A DNA stretch of 64,000 nt from Octopus sinensis (taxonomy: Eukaryota): positions 22,134,001-22,198,000 of the forward strand of contig NC_043009.1 of the NCBI RefSeq assembly GCF_006345805.1, given 5' to 3'. Position numbers and translations under genes: made by a program. The notes under the pieces were generated by a model that saw only the letters and a list, made by a program, of their open reading frames with translations, did not search any database and was not told where the DNA came from. Positions 11,914 through 25,850 of this stretch are shown piece after piece. The stretch's first letter is position 1, and each line of letters opens with the position of its first letter.

Positions 11914-13089
11914 GTAAAAAAATACAAACTGGGACAAGAACGTAAAACATTTAGAAGACAATACAAAAAACACGGACGGGACATTCGAAGCCTTCAATCT
12001 TCAGTCAAGAACCGGATCATCCTTGCAATTTCAGCTGATTAATCTTGAGATCGCTCCGATCCGGCCAGCCCCAAGGAAAAACTAAGCTACGAGCATTAGA
12101 TTTCTTGGAAAAAGGATCAAATGTATACGAAACAAGGACAGAAAAACGGATGATGCCACACGAATATAAATACAAAAAACAATAATAGTAATAACAGGAC
12201 AAAAACAGCGGGTGTCTTACGACTATAGACAGTACAACTTAGCTTAGCTGGCGTATTTGGGAAAAAATGCCTTTTTCGGCAGACGAAGAAAACGATGTTC
12301 TCTTGGCGGTGGTCAGAAGCCGAAAAGCTGGTTGACCAGCGGTCACATGAGAGGAGAGGAGAGAGAAAAAAAGGGGGCAAAGGAATCAAAAAGAGAGACA
12401 AAAAGAGGGACAAATGCACCAAAGGGGGGAGAAGAGAGAGAAAGAAGGAATTAAAGAGGGGAGAAGAAAGAGAGCATGCCAAGGATTGGCTTGGCGACAG
12501 AATCAGTGAGGTGCAAAGTGAGAAAGACAGAGAAATGTGAGAGAGTGGGGGAAGAGGAGACCAAAGAATCAGAGGCGAGAAAAGGAGGAGGAGAAGAGAG
12601 AGAAAGAGAAAGAGACAGATCAAAGTGGAGTGCAAAGTGTGAAAGGCAGAGAAATGTAGGAGAGGGGGGAGAGAGAGACAGTGTTATAGAGTCGTACCAA
12701 ATTTAAAGAAATATGTACTTACATACAAGACCAAAAAGGGTACAGGCGCCGCTATATATATATATGTATATGTAAAAAAATACAAACTGGGACAAGAACG
12801 TAAAACATTTAGAAGACGATACAAAAAACACGGACGGGACATTTGAAGCCTTCAATCTTCAGTCAAGAACCGGATCATCCTCGCAATTTCGGCTGATTAA
12901 TCTTGAGATCGCTCCAATCCGGCCAGCTCCAAGGAAAAACTAAGCTACGAGCATTAGATTTCTTGGAAAAAGGATCGAATGTATACGAAGCAAGGACAGA
13001 AAAACGGATGATGCCACATGAATATAAATACAAAATACAATAATAGTAATAACAGGACAAAAACAGCGGGTGTCTTACAACTATAGACA
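11914..13089. repeat. 318-bp direct repeats (11914-12231, 12772-13089), each next to (TA)n, with a GA-rich spacer
   Basis: Direct comparison shows few substitutions; period 858 bp. Confidence 0.85.
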
Positions 13090-14499
13090 ATATATATGGG
13101 GTGGGGGCTGTTATCTTAACAGCATATAAGGGTTGTAAATGGAAGTCACTGTCGTATAAATAACAGCATTTGTTCATTTCTGTATTTACACATTGACATT
13201 TTCAACTAATGGTGATGATGTTTACACACCATACATACACCTGTATATGTGCATTTGTATATATGTTGTGGGGGTGTTTTATCTTGACAGCACACAATGG
13301 TTGTAAATCAAAATCACTGTCATATAAGTGATGTAGTGTGTTTCTAATCTTGTGAAAAACTTCTCAAGCCATAAGGAAATATTACCTTGCTTGGAAACAA
13401 GGACTGGTAACAGAAATAATATCAGGCCACAGAAAATTTGTCTTAAACTCTGTGTGACTCATCTGGCACACAGCCACTTCTCTCAGCTTAGACATCCTTG
13501 TCTTGCGAGCCATGTGATGACTTCATGGGTACTGATGCTACATAGAAAAAACACCTGTGCTTGCACTACATAAAAAGTGCCAATACTGGTGTCACATAAA
13601 AAGCACCTGTCCCAGCTTCAAGCAAAATAGCACCTGTGTCAGCACTACATAGGAGGGAAATCATACCACCGCTACATAAAAATCACCTGTACCATGTAAA
13701 AAGCACCCAATACACTCTGAAAAGTGGTTGGTGTCAGGAAGGTGCAGTATTTGGTTTGCGAGGTTCAGTCAAACCATCTGACCCATGCCAGCATGGAAGA
13801 TGGATGGTAAAAGGGTAACAGGAAAAGGGGTGTTTCTTTGGGAGACCCTTCAATGAGTAATCTTCAGGTCACCAAATGAGATTTCCATGACTTTCCATCT
13901 TTAACCACTCTCTTTGTCTACCTGCTCTGTATGAACTAACATCTAGATGGCAAAGTAGCTGTTAGAACATTCATTAGAATTCCCTGTGGAATTTGTTGCA
14001 GATCTCTGCATTGTGAGTTCAAATACAACTAAGGTCAACTCTATTTTCATTCTTTCAGGGTTAATAAAAATGTGGTAATTCAGTGTGGTGTGTTGATGGA
14101 ATTACTAAAGTTCTTTATGTAATGCCTTGTGGAATATTTACCAGCTCTTTGAGTTCTGATGCCAATACCTGCATCAAATAGCAAGAACTGGTACTAAAGC
14201 TGTAGCAGTCTTTATAGAAACCTTCTCCCTTAGACAAGGCTGGTGATGGGAAGAGGGAGAATAACTACTTGTATCCCCACTACACAAAAAACCCCTGAAT
14301 CTCAGCTCATGCTTATAGTCATTCCTAACTGCTGGAAACCCTTGAGGGAGCAACTGTGGAGTCACTCAACCTCCCAGAAATAGCAACCAAGTCTCTCACA
14401 TTGTACCCCATTTGCTTAGATATAGAAACAACATAAGATAATGTTGACCTAAATTTCTGTCTGTCTGAAGAGTCGCTCATGCCTATAATCAATCACAAC

Positions 14500-15475
14500 T
14501 GATAACCAACATCCTCAGACAATGTACAAGGAAAGCGGGGGGAGAATGTACAGAGAGTGTAGTAGCTAGAATAAGAATAGAATGGAGGAAATTCAATGAT
14601 CTTTTACTTCTATTGGCAACCAAAGGTTTCTTGCCAAGTGGAATAAAAATTATATGATGCATGTATACAGACAGCAATTCTACATAGTGTGACATGGGCT
14701 CTGAATGCAGAGAACATGCAAAAACTAGAGAGGAATGAGGCTAGTATGCTCCACCAGATGCATACTAGCCTCATTCGGATGTATACAAGCTAAATACAAA
14801 AATAAACCATCCTGTTCTGATTACACATTGCTCTACTAATATTTTTAAATGTTAATGTAAGTGTACATGTTCAATAGAATGCAAGTGTATTGAGAGAGAA
14901 GTATGGCATAAGAGGTTGCTGTGTGCAAGAGAGAAGACTGTACTGGTTTGGCCATTTGATGTGAATGGTTGCTAACAGTTCCATGAAAAAGTGCCAATCT
15001 CTCAAAGTAGATGGAACATGTGAAAGAGGGAAACCCAAGAAGACATGGGATAAAGTACTGAAGGATGACCTCAGGACACTGAACTTTTCAGATAAGATGA
15101 CAAAAGACTGAGATACTGGGTGCCTTGCTGTACACAAGAAGACCCATGCTCCACAGCAGAAGTGTTAAGGCCACTCCCATTGAATTGTACCAAATAGCAA
15201 ATAATTTCTTAGAAAAATGCGTCTCCTAGGATAAAAAAATTGTACGCCTTTTTGACTCATCCTTGTACAATAGCAGGAAGTTGGATTGGCCTGCAAGAAT
15301 CCTGTGCTGGTGCCATGTAAAAGTGCCTGTGCAGTGCCACGTAAAAGCAACCAGCATACACTGTAAAGTGGTTGCTGTTAGGAAGGCATCCAAGTATAGC
15401 AACCATGCCTAATCAGACTGGAACCTGATGCAGCTCTCTGGCTTGCCAGCATGGAAAACACATGTTAAATGATGA

Positions 15476-15480
<5 letters not shown>
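14500..15480 (+). mobile_element. Degenerate RTE 3' fragment with tail
   Basis: Homologous to the reverse complement of 43200-43750; ends in the shared tail and (GAT)n. Confidence 0.7.
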
Positions 15481-15518
<38 letters not shown>

Positions 15519-15590
15519 CTATAAGAAAAATCATTTTATTTCTTTAAGAAATATTGTTTAATTCTATTTGCTTATTTATTTAACTATTAT

Positions 15591-15690
15591 TGTTAACCTG
15601 AAGAGTGACTAAAATTTTAAATTGAATTGTTTTTCGATTAAATTTAATTGTAATTCGAATTTAAATTATAGCCATGAAACGTTTCTTTAC
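15591..15690 (+). ncRNA. Degenerate hammerhead-like motif with long stem II in a (TA)n-flanked element (15515-15800)
   Basis: CTGAAGA gtgacta...(AT-rich hairpin)...tagccat GAAA cgtttc. Stem I is weak. Confidence 0.4.
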
Positions 15691-15797
15691 TTATATATTG
15701 TTTATTCATTTTTGTACTTTTTGTGATCTAGTTATGTTTTTAAAAAATATATTTTATTTTTTATTTATTATTTGGTTTATGTCTATATTGGTTTTTC

Positions 15798-15835
<38 letters not shown>

Positions 15836-15837
<2 letters not shown>

Positions 15838-16958
15838 TCATCATCATTTAACATCCACTTTCCATGCTAGCATGGGTTGGACGATTTGACTGAGGTCTGG
15901 TGAACCAGACTCCAATCTGATCTGGCAGAGTTTCTACAGCTGGATGCCCTTCCTAATGCCAACCACTCCAAGAGTGTAGTGGGTGCTTTTACGTGCCACC
16001 AGCACGAGGGCCAGTTTGGTGGTACTGGCAACAGAAATGTCCAAATGGTGCTTTTTACGTGCCACCTGCACAGGAGCCAGTCCAGCGGCGCTGGCGCCGT
16101 CCTCGCTCGAATGTTTCACGTGCCACCATCACAAGTGCTAGTAAGGCAACGTGGTAATGATTACGCTCAAATGGTGTACTTAACGTGCCATCGGCACAAT
16201 GGCCAGTTTGTTGCTCAGGTAACGATAACGATCTCACTCGTAAGGTACTCTTAGCGCTCCAGTAGCAATGGATGCCAGTCACTGAGTTTGATTTCAACTT
16301 TAATGTCACTTGCCTCAACTGGTATTCACAAGCAGAGTTTAGTGTCCAATGAAGAAAAGGCACGCATAAGTGGACTGGTTACCCCTTAGCATAGGCCACA
16401 AGGTTATGGTCACACTTGCGCTTGCCGAGTCTTCTGCAGCACAGCATATTCCCAGAGGTCCCGGTCACTAGTCATTGCCTTGGTGAGGCCCAATGTTTGA
16501 AGGTCGTGCTTCACCACCTCATCCCAGGTTCCCTCAACTGCTAGGTTGTGGCACTTTTTCACACAGCCATCCACATCCATTCTCGCCACGTGACCATACC
16601 AGCGCAGTCGTCTCTCTTGCTCACCACATCTGATGCTTCTTAGGTCTAACCTTTCTCTCAGGGTACTAACACTCTGTTGAGTATGCACACTGGCATTACA
16701 CATCCATCGGAGCATGCTGGCTTCATTCCTTGCGAGCTTACGCATATCCTCAGCAGTCACAGCCCATGTTTCACTGCCATGTAGCATGGCTGTTCATATA
16801 CATGCGCCGTACAGTCTACCTTTTACTCTGAGCGAGAGGCCCTTTGTCACCAGCAGAGGTAAGAGCTCTCTGAACTTAGCCCAGGCTATTCTTATTCTAG
16901 CAGCTACAGTTTCAGTGCACCCTCCTGCTACTGATTTGGTCACCTAGGTAACAGAAGC
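15836..16958 (-). mobile_element. RTE LINE 3' fragment
   Basis: ORF 16410-16787 (MLHGSETWA...RRLRWYGHVARM), followed by the modular 3' UTR and (GAT)n. Confidence 0.9.
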
Positions 16959-16993
16959 TATATATATATATATACATACACACCCACCCACAC

Positions 16994-17179
16994 ACAAGAA
17001 AATGTGATGACAAAGGAACACACAATTATTTTATGACCTTCATTAGCTTACAGCATCTGCTATAAGATGCAGTGGACTCGTTGTTGACTGCTTGAGTAAC
17101 ACCTTATAGCAGAAACAGCTGTAAGTTTATGAAGTTCATAAGATAATTGTTTATTTCTTTGTCATCTCATTGTCTTGTT
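16994..17179. repeat. Imperfect fold-back element
   Basis: Arms of about 80 bp pair imperfectly. The right arm has GAAACAGCTGTAAG-TTTATGAAG. Confidence 0.65.
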
Positions 17180-18457
17180 GCTGTTCGGTACTTGACTAAC
17201 GCTTCATTCTAAAGAATATGTATATTGAGTTCTACACCTGGTTATTAGTTTCATAATGCTTATGTGAAATGTGTGTGTGTGTGTGCACACAATAGATTCC
17301 CACACCATTTCTGTCTGCTAAATCCCTCACAATGCAATGCTTACCCCTGACCTACAGAAGTTACTTGCTCAATTTGTTGCATAGTGGGATTGAACCTGAA
17401 GCCATGTGGTTTCAAAGTGAGCTTCTTAACCACAACAGCCATGCCTCTGCTTAATACTTCCTAGATATTTCTGTCTCTATAGTTTAGCAAGCTGTCAAAG
17501 TTCTTCTTGTGCAGTTTTCTTAATTACTAATTTGTGCTTTCCTGTTCATTCCACTCTGTCAATTTTACCCTGTAGTCTTCATTCTCACTTTTTTCCAATT
17601 TTTTCTTCTTTATCTTTCTATCCTCTTTTTCATCTTTCTCTCCTCTTTCTCATCTTTTTCTCTTTCTCATCCTTCTCTCCTCTTTCTCATCCTTCTCTCC
17701 TCTTTCTCATCTCCTATTCACCTTCTTCCTATTTTCTTCTTTATATTATTCTCATCCTCATTCTGTTTCCTTTATTCTTATCCTTCTCCTTCCTCTATTT
17801 CTTTTTTCTTCCTTTCCTCTTCTCTTTTTCTTCTTTCTCTTCCTCTCTCCATCTTATTTCCTTTCTTTTTCTTTGTGTCTTCTTTTCTATTCCTGCCTGC
17901 CTTCCTTCCACTTCCCCCTCTCTCTCTTTTTCTCCTTCCTCTTTTCTCTTGCGTCATCTTCTCCATCTTCACCGCCTAACCTTTTTCGTTAACATGAAAT
18001 AGTTGAAAGCAGGAAGGAAATCTAAGCATGAAGAAGCAAAATAAATAAATACACAAACAAAATACAATAAAATAAAAGCTAAATACAAAAATAAACCATC
18101 CTCTGTTCTGATTGCACGTCGCTCTACTAATATTTTTAAACGTTAATATAACAACCATACTGCAATCAGGACATCTGTACTTAGTCTCATGTCAGATCTA
18201 TGCATTTGGGTTTGGACTTGTGCCAAGAGTTGCCAGGCAATACACAGACACACATGCATACAGGCACAGGCGTGGCTGTGTGGTTAAGAAGTTTGCTTTC
18301 CAACTACTTGGTTCTAACATCTGTCCCACTGCATGGCACCTAGGGCAAGGGTCTTCTATTATAGCCCCAGGCCGATAAAATCTTTGTTCTTGGATTTGGT
18401 AGGGAGAAGCTGAAAGACACTTGTTGTGTGCAAATGTGTGCATATCGATGTGTGTGA

Positions 18458-18765
18458 AGGTGCATGGCTCAGTGGTTAGAGCATCAGGCTCACAATCATG
18501 AAGTAGTGAGTTCGATTCCCAGACTGGTCTGTGTGTTGTGTTCTTGAGCAAGACACTTTATTTTCATGTTGCTCCAGTTTACTCACCTGTAGAAATGAGT
18601 TGCAACATCACTGGTGCCAGGCTGTATCGGCCTTTGCCTTTCCCTTGGATAAACATCAGTGGAACGGAGAGGGGAGGCTGGTATGCATAGGTGACTGCTG
18701 GTTTTCCACAAGCCACCATGCTAGGACTTGTGCCTCGGAGGAGACTTTTCTAGATGGAAATTTCC
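18458..18765 (+). mobile_element. tRNA-derived SINE family B
   Basis: tggctcagtggttagagc (A box), gagttcgattcc (B box), ttgagcaagacactt core. Copies at 22506-22850, 52040-52335 (-) and 7560-7690. Confidence 0.85.
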
Positions 18766-20865
18766 AATCTTCTGTGAAAACATTTGATCATTGGGAAATA
18801 TCACCTCATGTAGAAACAAGTGAAGGTTGGCAACAGAAAGAGCATCCAGCTGTAGAAAATTCACCTCAACAAATCTTGTCTGAGTCATCCAAGCATGGAA
18901 GAGTTGACATTAAAAAATGTTTAAAAACAATGACATACTTTATCTATCCATCCATCTATCTATCCATCCATCTATCTATCCATCCATCCATCTATCTATC
19001 TATCTATCTATCTATCTATATGTCTGTCTCTCTCTATCTCTCTCTCTCACTCATCCAGGTTGGCGTTATGAAGGACATCCAGCCATAGAAACCATACCAA
19101 ATCAGACTGGAGCCTGGTGTTGCTCTCCAGCTTGCCAGTTCTGGTCAAGCTGTCAAACCCATGCCAGCATGGACAATGGATGTTCAATGATGATGAACGA
19201 TATATATGTATATATGCACACACACACACACACACGTGCTGGTGCCCTTGCAGGTGCTGGTGCCATGTAAAAAGCAACCATCCTAGTGCCACATATAAAG
19301 CACCCAGTACACTCTGTAAAGTGGTTGGCATTAAAAGGCCTTGAGCCATAGAAACCATGCTGAAACAGATAATTGGTGGCTGGTGCAACTCTCTGGCTTG
19401 TCAGCTCCTGTCAAACCATGCGACCCGTGCCAGTATGGGAAACAGATGTTAAATGATGATATCCACACTCAACATACATTCACAACATGCACATTAGTTA
19501 TAACAAATAAGAATACTCAAAATTGTAGGCAGTGGTTAAATTATATATTTGGTTATTTAGTCAGAAAACTTAAATAACCTAAAGGTTTGATTTGAGCATG
19601 AAAGAAAAGAAAAATTTAAAAAGAAAAAAACGAGTAGTTGTATGAATTTCTTGTGCTAACATGAAACCTAGGGTATCAATTTGCTATTTTGACTTCTCTA
19701 ACATGCATATATATGTATACTCTTTTACTTGTTTCAGTCATCTGACTGGCCATGCTGGAGCACTGCCTTTAGTCAATCAAATCGACCCCAGGACTCATTC
19801 TTTGTAAGCCTAGTACTTATTCTATCGGTCTGTTTTGCCGAACCGCTAAGTTATGGGGACATAAACACACCAGCATTGGTTGTCAAGCGATGGTGGTGGT
19901 GGTGGTGGGGACACAAACACAGACACACAAACATATACACACACATACAGTTTTGGCATGTTTTTTTTTACGACTGGATGCCCTTCCAAATGCCAACTAC
20001 TTCACAGTGTGGACTGAATGCTTTTTATGTGGCACCAGCAGGGTCACCAAGTAACTTTCAAGACAAGGAACTTTGGGAAGGGGGCATTGGAGGAAGTGAT
20101 ATTGTGTTAGATGATGAAAGGTTAGTGTGACAGAGTTAGTGTGTGTATATTTATATTTTGAGATGAGACAATCACTTCATAACCATGTGGTTTCAGGTTC
20201 AATCTCACTGTACAGTAGTTTGCAGGCTGTGATATGAGGGAGATTCGTTTGCTGTTTCTTATCGATTGAACGCCCAAGTACGATAGCTTGGATTGATTAT
20301 TCTAACAGTACATTATTGTAATGACTAGTTCAGATTTGCTTCTTGCAATCTGAGGAAGAAGCCTACAAGCTAACTTAATTTTCACTTTAATGCTATTTTA
20401 GCTCTCTTCTTTTAATTTTATTTCCATACAATCATCTCTCTTTCAACTCTTTCCCCTTGTCCATTGAGACTCTCACCTCTCTCTCTTCCCCGTCTTCTCC
20501 TCTCTCCTCCTCCATCTTTGAAAAGGAAGCTACCTTTAAGCGAAAGCTATACACATGTGTGCATGTTTGTAATTTAATTTCATTTCATTTTAAATCAGTT
20601 TTACCTTTCTCTGTTCAAAGTTTATTTCTGTACAATATTATGTTCATCAGTCTTCTATATTCATTTTGTTCCACTTTCCAGTGCTATCAGCTGAGCTTCA
20701 TAAAGTAGGCCCAGCTGCCATTTATATGCTAACTTTTCATCTCCCACCATTGTGACACCACTTTCCCTGTGATTGCTAAATACTCACCACTCTCACATCT
20801 CTCCTTCCCATAGCTGAGACAGTGTTACACCCATCATAGAAGCAGGAACAAATGGATATTCACAT

Positions 20866-21985
20866 GGGCACAGGCATGGCTGTGTGTTTAAGAAGTTTGC
20901 TTTCCAACTACATGATTCTGGGCTCAGTCCCACTGCATGGCAGATTGGACAGGTGTCTTCTATTGTAACTTTGGGCCAACCAAAGCCTTGTGAGTAGATT
21001 TGGTAGAGTGAAACTGAAAGAAGTCCATCGTATACATGTGTGGTAAGTAGCTTGCTTACCAACCACCTGGTTCCAGGTTCAGTTCTACTGCATGGCACCT
21101 TGGGCAAGTGTCTTCTACTACAGCCTTGGGCCGACCAAAACCTTGTGAGTGGATTTGGTAGATGGAAACTGAAAGAAGCCCTACATATATATATATATAT
21201 ATATATAGTGGGAGACAAACACAGACACACAAACATATCCACACAGACATGTGTGTGTGTGTTTTTCCCCACACCATTGCTTGACAACCAATGTCGGTGT
21301 GTTTACATCCTCTTAATTTAGTGGTTCAGCAAAAGAGACCAATAGAATAGGGAGATTTTCAGGCAGATTTTCAACATCCAGATGCTTTTCCTGTTGCCAA
21401 CCCTCACCTGCTTCCAAGTTGGATAATATTCCCTCATGAAATGGAAGATGGAAATGGATATTGCTCACATGATGGTGGCACACTTAATTATCACATGCTA
21501 ACACACATGCACGCGCACACACACGCACACACTCTCTTTACTCTTTTACTTGTTTCAGTCATTTGACTGCGGCCATGCTGGAGCACCACCTTTAGTCGAG
21601 CAAATTGACCCCTGGACTTATTCTTTGTAAGCCTAGTACTTATTCTATTGGTCTCTCTTGCCAAACCGCTAAGTTACAGGGACTTAAGCACACCAGCATT
21701 GGTTGTCAAGCAATGTTGGGGGGAAGGGGCAAACACAGACACACAAACACGCATTTATATTTACATATACATATATACGACGGGCTTCTTTCAGTTTCCG
21801 TCTATCAAATCCTCTCACAAGGCTTTGGTCGGCCCGAGGCTATAGTAGAAGACACTTGCCCAAAGTGCCACATAGTGGGACTGAACCCAGAACCTGCGCC
21901 TATATATGTATATGATGGGCTTGTTTCAGTAGTTTCCATCTGCTAAATCCCCTCACAAGGCTTTGGTTGGCCTGAGGCTATAGTA
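20866..21985. mobile_element. Cluster of SINE family A copies in both orientations
   Basis: + copies at 20866-21030 and 21037-21350; - copies at 21535-21900 and 21915-21985. Confidence 0.8.
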
Positions 21986-24220
21986 GAAGGACTTGCTCAA
22001 GGGAAGGTAAAAATGTTACCCTCATGAGTCACGCTGACTCATAAGGGCCACTTTCCTAGTTTTCATGGTGTATAAATTCCCTATCTGGACAGGGCACTAG
22101 TCTGTCATAGAGTTATTCATTTTTGCCTGTTGAAGGGACTAGTACTTTGCTGAAAAACACAACATATCGCCAGGTCCAGGAATCGAAACCACAATCTTAC
22201 TCTCATGAGTCCAACACCCTAACCACTAAGCCACACTGTTGAACCAAATGCAAAACCATGTGGTTGGGAAGCAAACTTCTTACTGCACAATCACGTCTTT
22301 GTCATACATATACCCACCCATCCACATTTTCATGGGTGAGTTGTCGGATAGAGCCTCTCAGCACTTCCTCCACAGGATTCTATTAAAAGCAACTGTCATT
22401 CGATTTTCCAGTTGGATTTCCAAGCATGAGTGTCTGAAACTAAGGATATCCAACCATTATATATATTTGACTCTGTGTGTGTGTACACACACACAAATAC
22501 ATGGTCGGAAAGCAATGCCTCAGAGCGTCAAGCTCACAATCATGAGGTAGTGAGATCAATTCCCAGACTGGGCTGTGTTGTGTTCTTGAGCAAGACACTT
22601 TATTCACATTGCTCCAGTTCACTTAGTTGTTGAAATGAGTTACGACATCACTGGTGTCAAGCTGGCTGTATTGGCCTTTGCCTTTCTCTTGGATAACATC
22701 AGTGACATGGAGAATTGGAGGGGGTGGTGGTGTTGGTATGCATAGGTAACTGCTGGTCTTTTGTAAACAACCTTACCAGGGCTTGTGCCTCAGAGGGTAA
22801 CTTTCTAGGTGGAATAACATAGTCATTCATGACCAAAGGTGTCTTTACCCTTGTTTTAAAAAGGTCCCTGGGATATCAAACTAGCTTAGAATGCACCACT
22901 TCTTGATGGAATAGATTTGTTTTACAGTTCAGTGGAGGTGGTCATCAGTTTTTATCATGTATGTATCCAGCCAGATAGTGATTGATAATATTAAAGGCTA
23001 GTTTGATCTATGCCAGATCTCATCGTTTTGTCTTCCTAAAGCTCTTGGGAGGTTACAACCTGTTGACATCTGACTTTTGTGTGGTGCGTCTTTTCATCAG
23101 TATTATTTTTTACAATGTGGTGAGCTGGCAGTATTGTTAGCACACACATCTGTACGTTCTGAGTTCAAATTCTGCCAAGGTCAACTTTGTTTTCATCCTT
23201 TCAGTGGGGTCGATGAAATAAATACCAGTTGAACTTTGGGGTTGATGTACTCAACTAGCCTCTTCCCTCCTCCACCAAAAAAAAATTTAGGCTTTGTGTT
23301 TATAATAGAAAAGACTATTACTTATTATTAGCATGCTGGACAAAATGCTTAGCAGCCTTTTGTCTGTCTTTGTGTTCTGAGTTCAAATCCCACCAAGGTT
23401 AACTTTGCCTTTAATCCTTTCAGACTCCACAGAATAAATACCAATTGGGACACTGGGGTATATGTAATGAACTAGCTTCCTCCTCTGAAATTTCAGGCCT
23501 TGTGCCTATCATAGAAAGGCTTATTATTATTACTATTACTATAATAATAATTATTATTTCTGTAGGCAACTTGCATAGAATATGTTACCTCTCAAAGCTC
23601 TCAGTCTGGCTGGTTTCCAGACAGATAGATATATGGCATAGTTTTATTGCAGTGGAAAATATAGAAACAAACTAACCTGTAATGTTACATGTACTAACGT
23701 AACTGCAATTGGCAGCAGATATTTCTACAGGAAACAAATACAGAAATAAATAACACAAATAACAATAAAAAAAAAAAAAGAATTGCAGACAAAACTTTTT
23801 CTTTAAATAGTTGACATCTGCTTTGTTGTGTTTTATTTTAATGCATTTTGTTTTAATTTCTTTATTGAAGCAAAAATAGATGTCTTTTTTTTATGTTCTT
23901 GTTTGGTTTTCTTGTTTTTTTTTTAGGGTGGCATTTTTTTTTGTAGCCAGACATACCTGCACATGCATGCACACATACACAGGTATATTAATATTCATTG
24001 CTCATCTTAATTTTTCTTTTTGTTTCTTTCTTATTAAACAGCTAAGAGAGAAAAAGTATGATGTAAATGATATAATAATAATAATAATGATAAAAATAAT
24101 CAGAAGACAGGCTGTGCCCATAGCCTTTTTTAGGCTTGTTTGACTCTGCTAGGTTGCACAGTGTGTTGTTAGTTATATATAAGGTTAGCTGTATATTGCA
24201 GTGACAAGGATAAAGAAGGA

Positions 24221-25118
24221 TTAACCGTTTCCTTACTGTATTTATTTTGAGATGCTCAGTGTTTCTCTCAATTATTTTAGATATAACAAAGAATTTAATA
24301 AAATAACTTAGTTATCATTCAGCTAGTATTAGGAACGTAAATTGTGACAAAGGTGTGGTTTTTTTTTTTTTTCTGCCTTTAACCCTCCAATGTGGAGTAT
24401 AGGCCACTTGTCGCATAATTTTTGGCTTCTGTACTTATACTCTGCCATGAATGTCCCCCTTTCTCTAGTTCATTTTTGTGTTGATCTCCGCCACGAGTTC
24501 TTAGGCCTACCTCTCCTTCTATATCCATCCGGTTTCCACTGTAAAGCACTTTTTGCTACATTTGGTGTGTCTTTTCTAATTGTGCTACCAATCCACTTCC
24601 ACTTTTTCTTAAATATTTGCTCCCTAATTGAAACTTCATTTGTTCTTTGCCATAGCTCCATATTGCTTGTGTGTTCGGGCCATCTAATTTTAAGTATACT
24701 ACGCAAGCATCTGTTGATGAATGATTGTATTTGCTTATTTGACTAAACTGTTGTTCACCATGTCTCAGCCCCATATAATAGCACCGCTTTTACATTAGTG
24801 TTAAAAATTCTTATTTTGTTCTTTATTGAAATTACACTCGCGCTCCATACTTTTTTAACAGGTGAAAAGCAGTCCTTGCCTTACTTATTCTCGTCTTAAT
24901 ATCTTATCATGCAAATCAATGCAAGTAAAAAGGATGCAAGGCAACACAATAGAACACACTTGGTCGAAAATTGAGGATGCTTATATTTCATTATTAGAAG
25001 AATGCGCAGGATATCACAAAGGTGTGGTGGAAAATTTTAATTCAAAACTTTTGAAAACAAGACATTTGTACTACAGAGCCAGAGCTGGTTTCAGCTGGGT
25101 TGGTATCAAAAGGGTTAA
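24221..25118. mobile_element. TTAA-type MITE interrupted by an RTE insertion
   Basis: ttaaccgtt... and ...ggtatcaaaagggttaa ends. A related copy ends at about 27386. Confidence 0.6.
24360..25015 (-). mobile_element. RTE 3' fragment with poly(A) tail, 5' inversion and 13-bp TSD
   Basis: ORF 24470-24706 (LKIRWPEHTSNMELWQRT...KWKWIG...RRRGRPKNSWRR). TSD acaaaggtgtggt at 24347-24359 and 25016-25028. Confidence 0.85.
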
Positions 25119-25399
25119 GACATTTCTTTGAAGGAATTCTAACAGAACATTTAACAAATCTAGTGAAGATAAGTGCATATGTAGCTGTGTGGTTAAAAGT
25201 TTGCTTCTCAACTATATGGTTCCGGGTTCAGTCCCATTGTGTAGCACCTGGGATTACCAGACATGCAAGTGGATTTGGTTGATGGAAACTGAGAGAAGCT
25301 TGTTGTATATTTGTACATGTGTGTGTGTGTGTCTGCTTGTCTTGGTATCATCACATAATTGTTGTAAATTAATGTTATTCATTTCCAATATTTTGCAAA

Positions 25400-25850
25400 G
25401 AACATGTGATCGTTGACAGGCTATTTGAGTATGATCGTTACCAGCATCGCCTTACTGGCACTTATGCCTGTGCTAGTAGGGAGCCAAGAACACCATCCGA
25501 GCGTGATCGTTGCCAGAGCAGCCAACTGGCTTCTGTACCCGTGGCACGTAAAAGGGCACCATTCGAGCGTGATCGTTACCAACGTCGCTTCACTGGCACC
25601 TGTGTCGGTGGCACGTGTAAAAGATTTGAGCGAGGTCATTGCCAGTACCGCCTGACTGGCCCCCGTGCAGGTGGCACGTAAAAAGCATCCACTACACTCT
25701 TGGAGTGGTTGGCGTTAGGAAGGGCATCCAGCTGTAGAAACTCTGCCAGATCAAGACTGGAGCCTGGTGCAGCCATCTGGTTGCCAGCCCTCAGTCAAAA
25801 CCGTCCAACCCATGCTAGCATGGAAAACGGACGTTAAACGATGATGATGT
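25400..25850 (+). mobile_element. RTE 3'-tail element
   Basis: Modules gagcgtgatcgtt(a/g)cc and gtggcacgtaaaa; shared tail and (GAT)n. Confidence 0.8.

Noticed and set aside
12117-12706. Leu/Ser- and Arg/Glu-rich ORFs (also 17532-18002, 52815-53166)
   Set aside because: Low-complexity GA/CT tracts.
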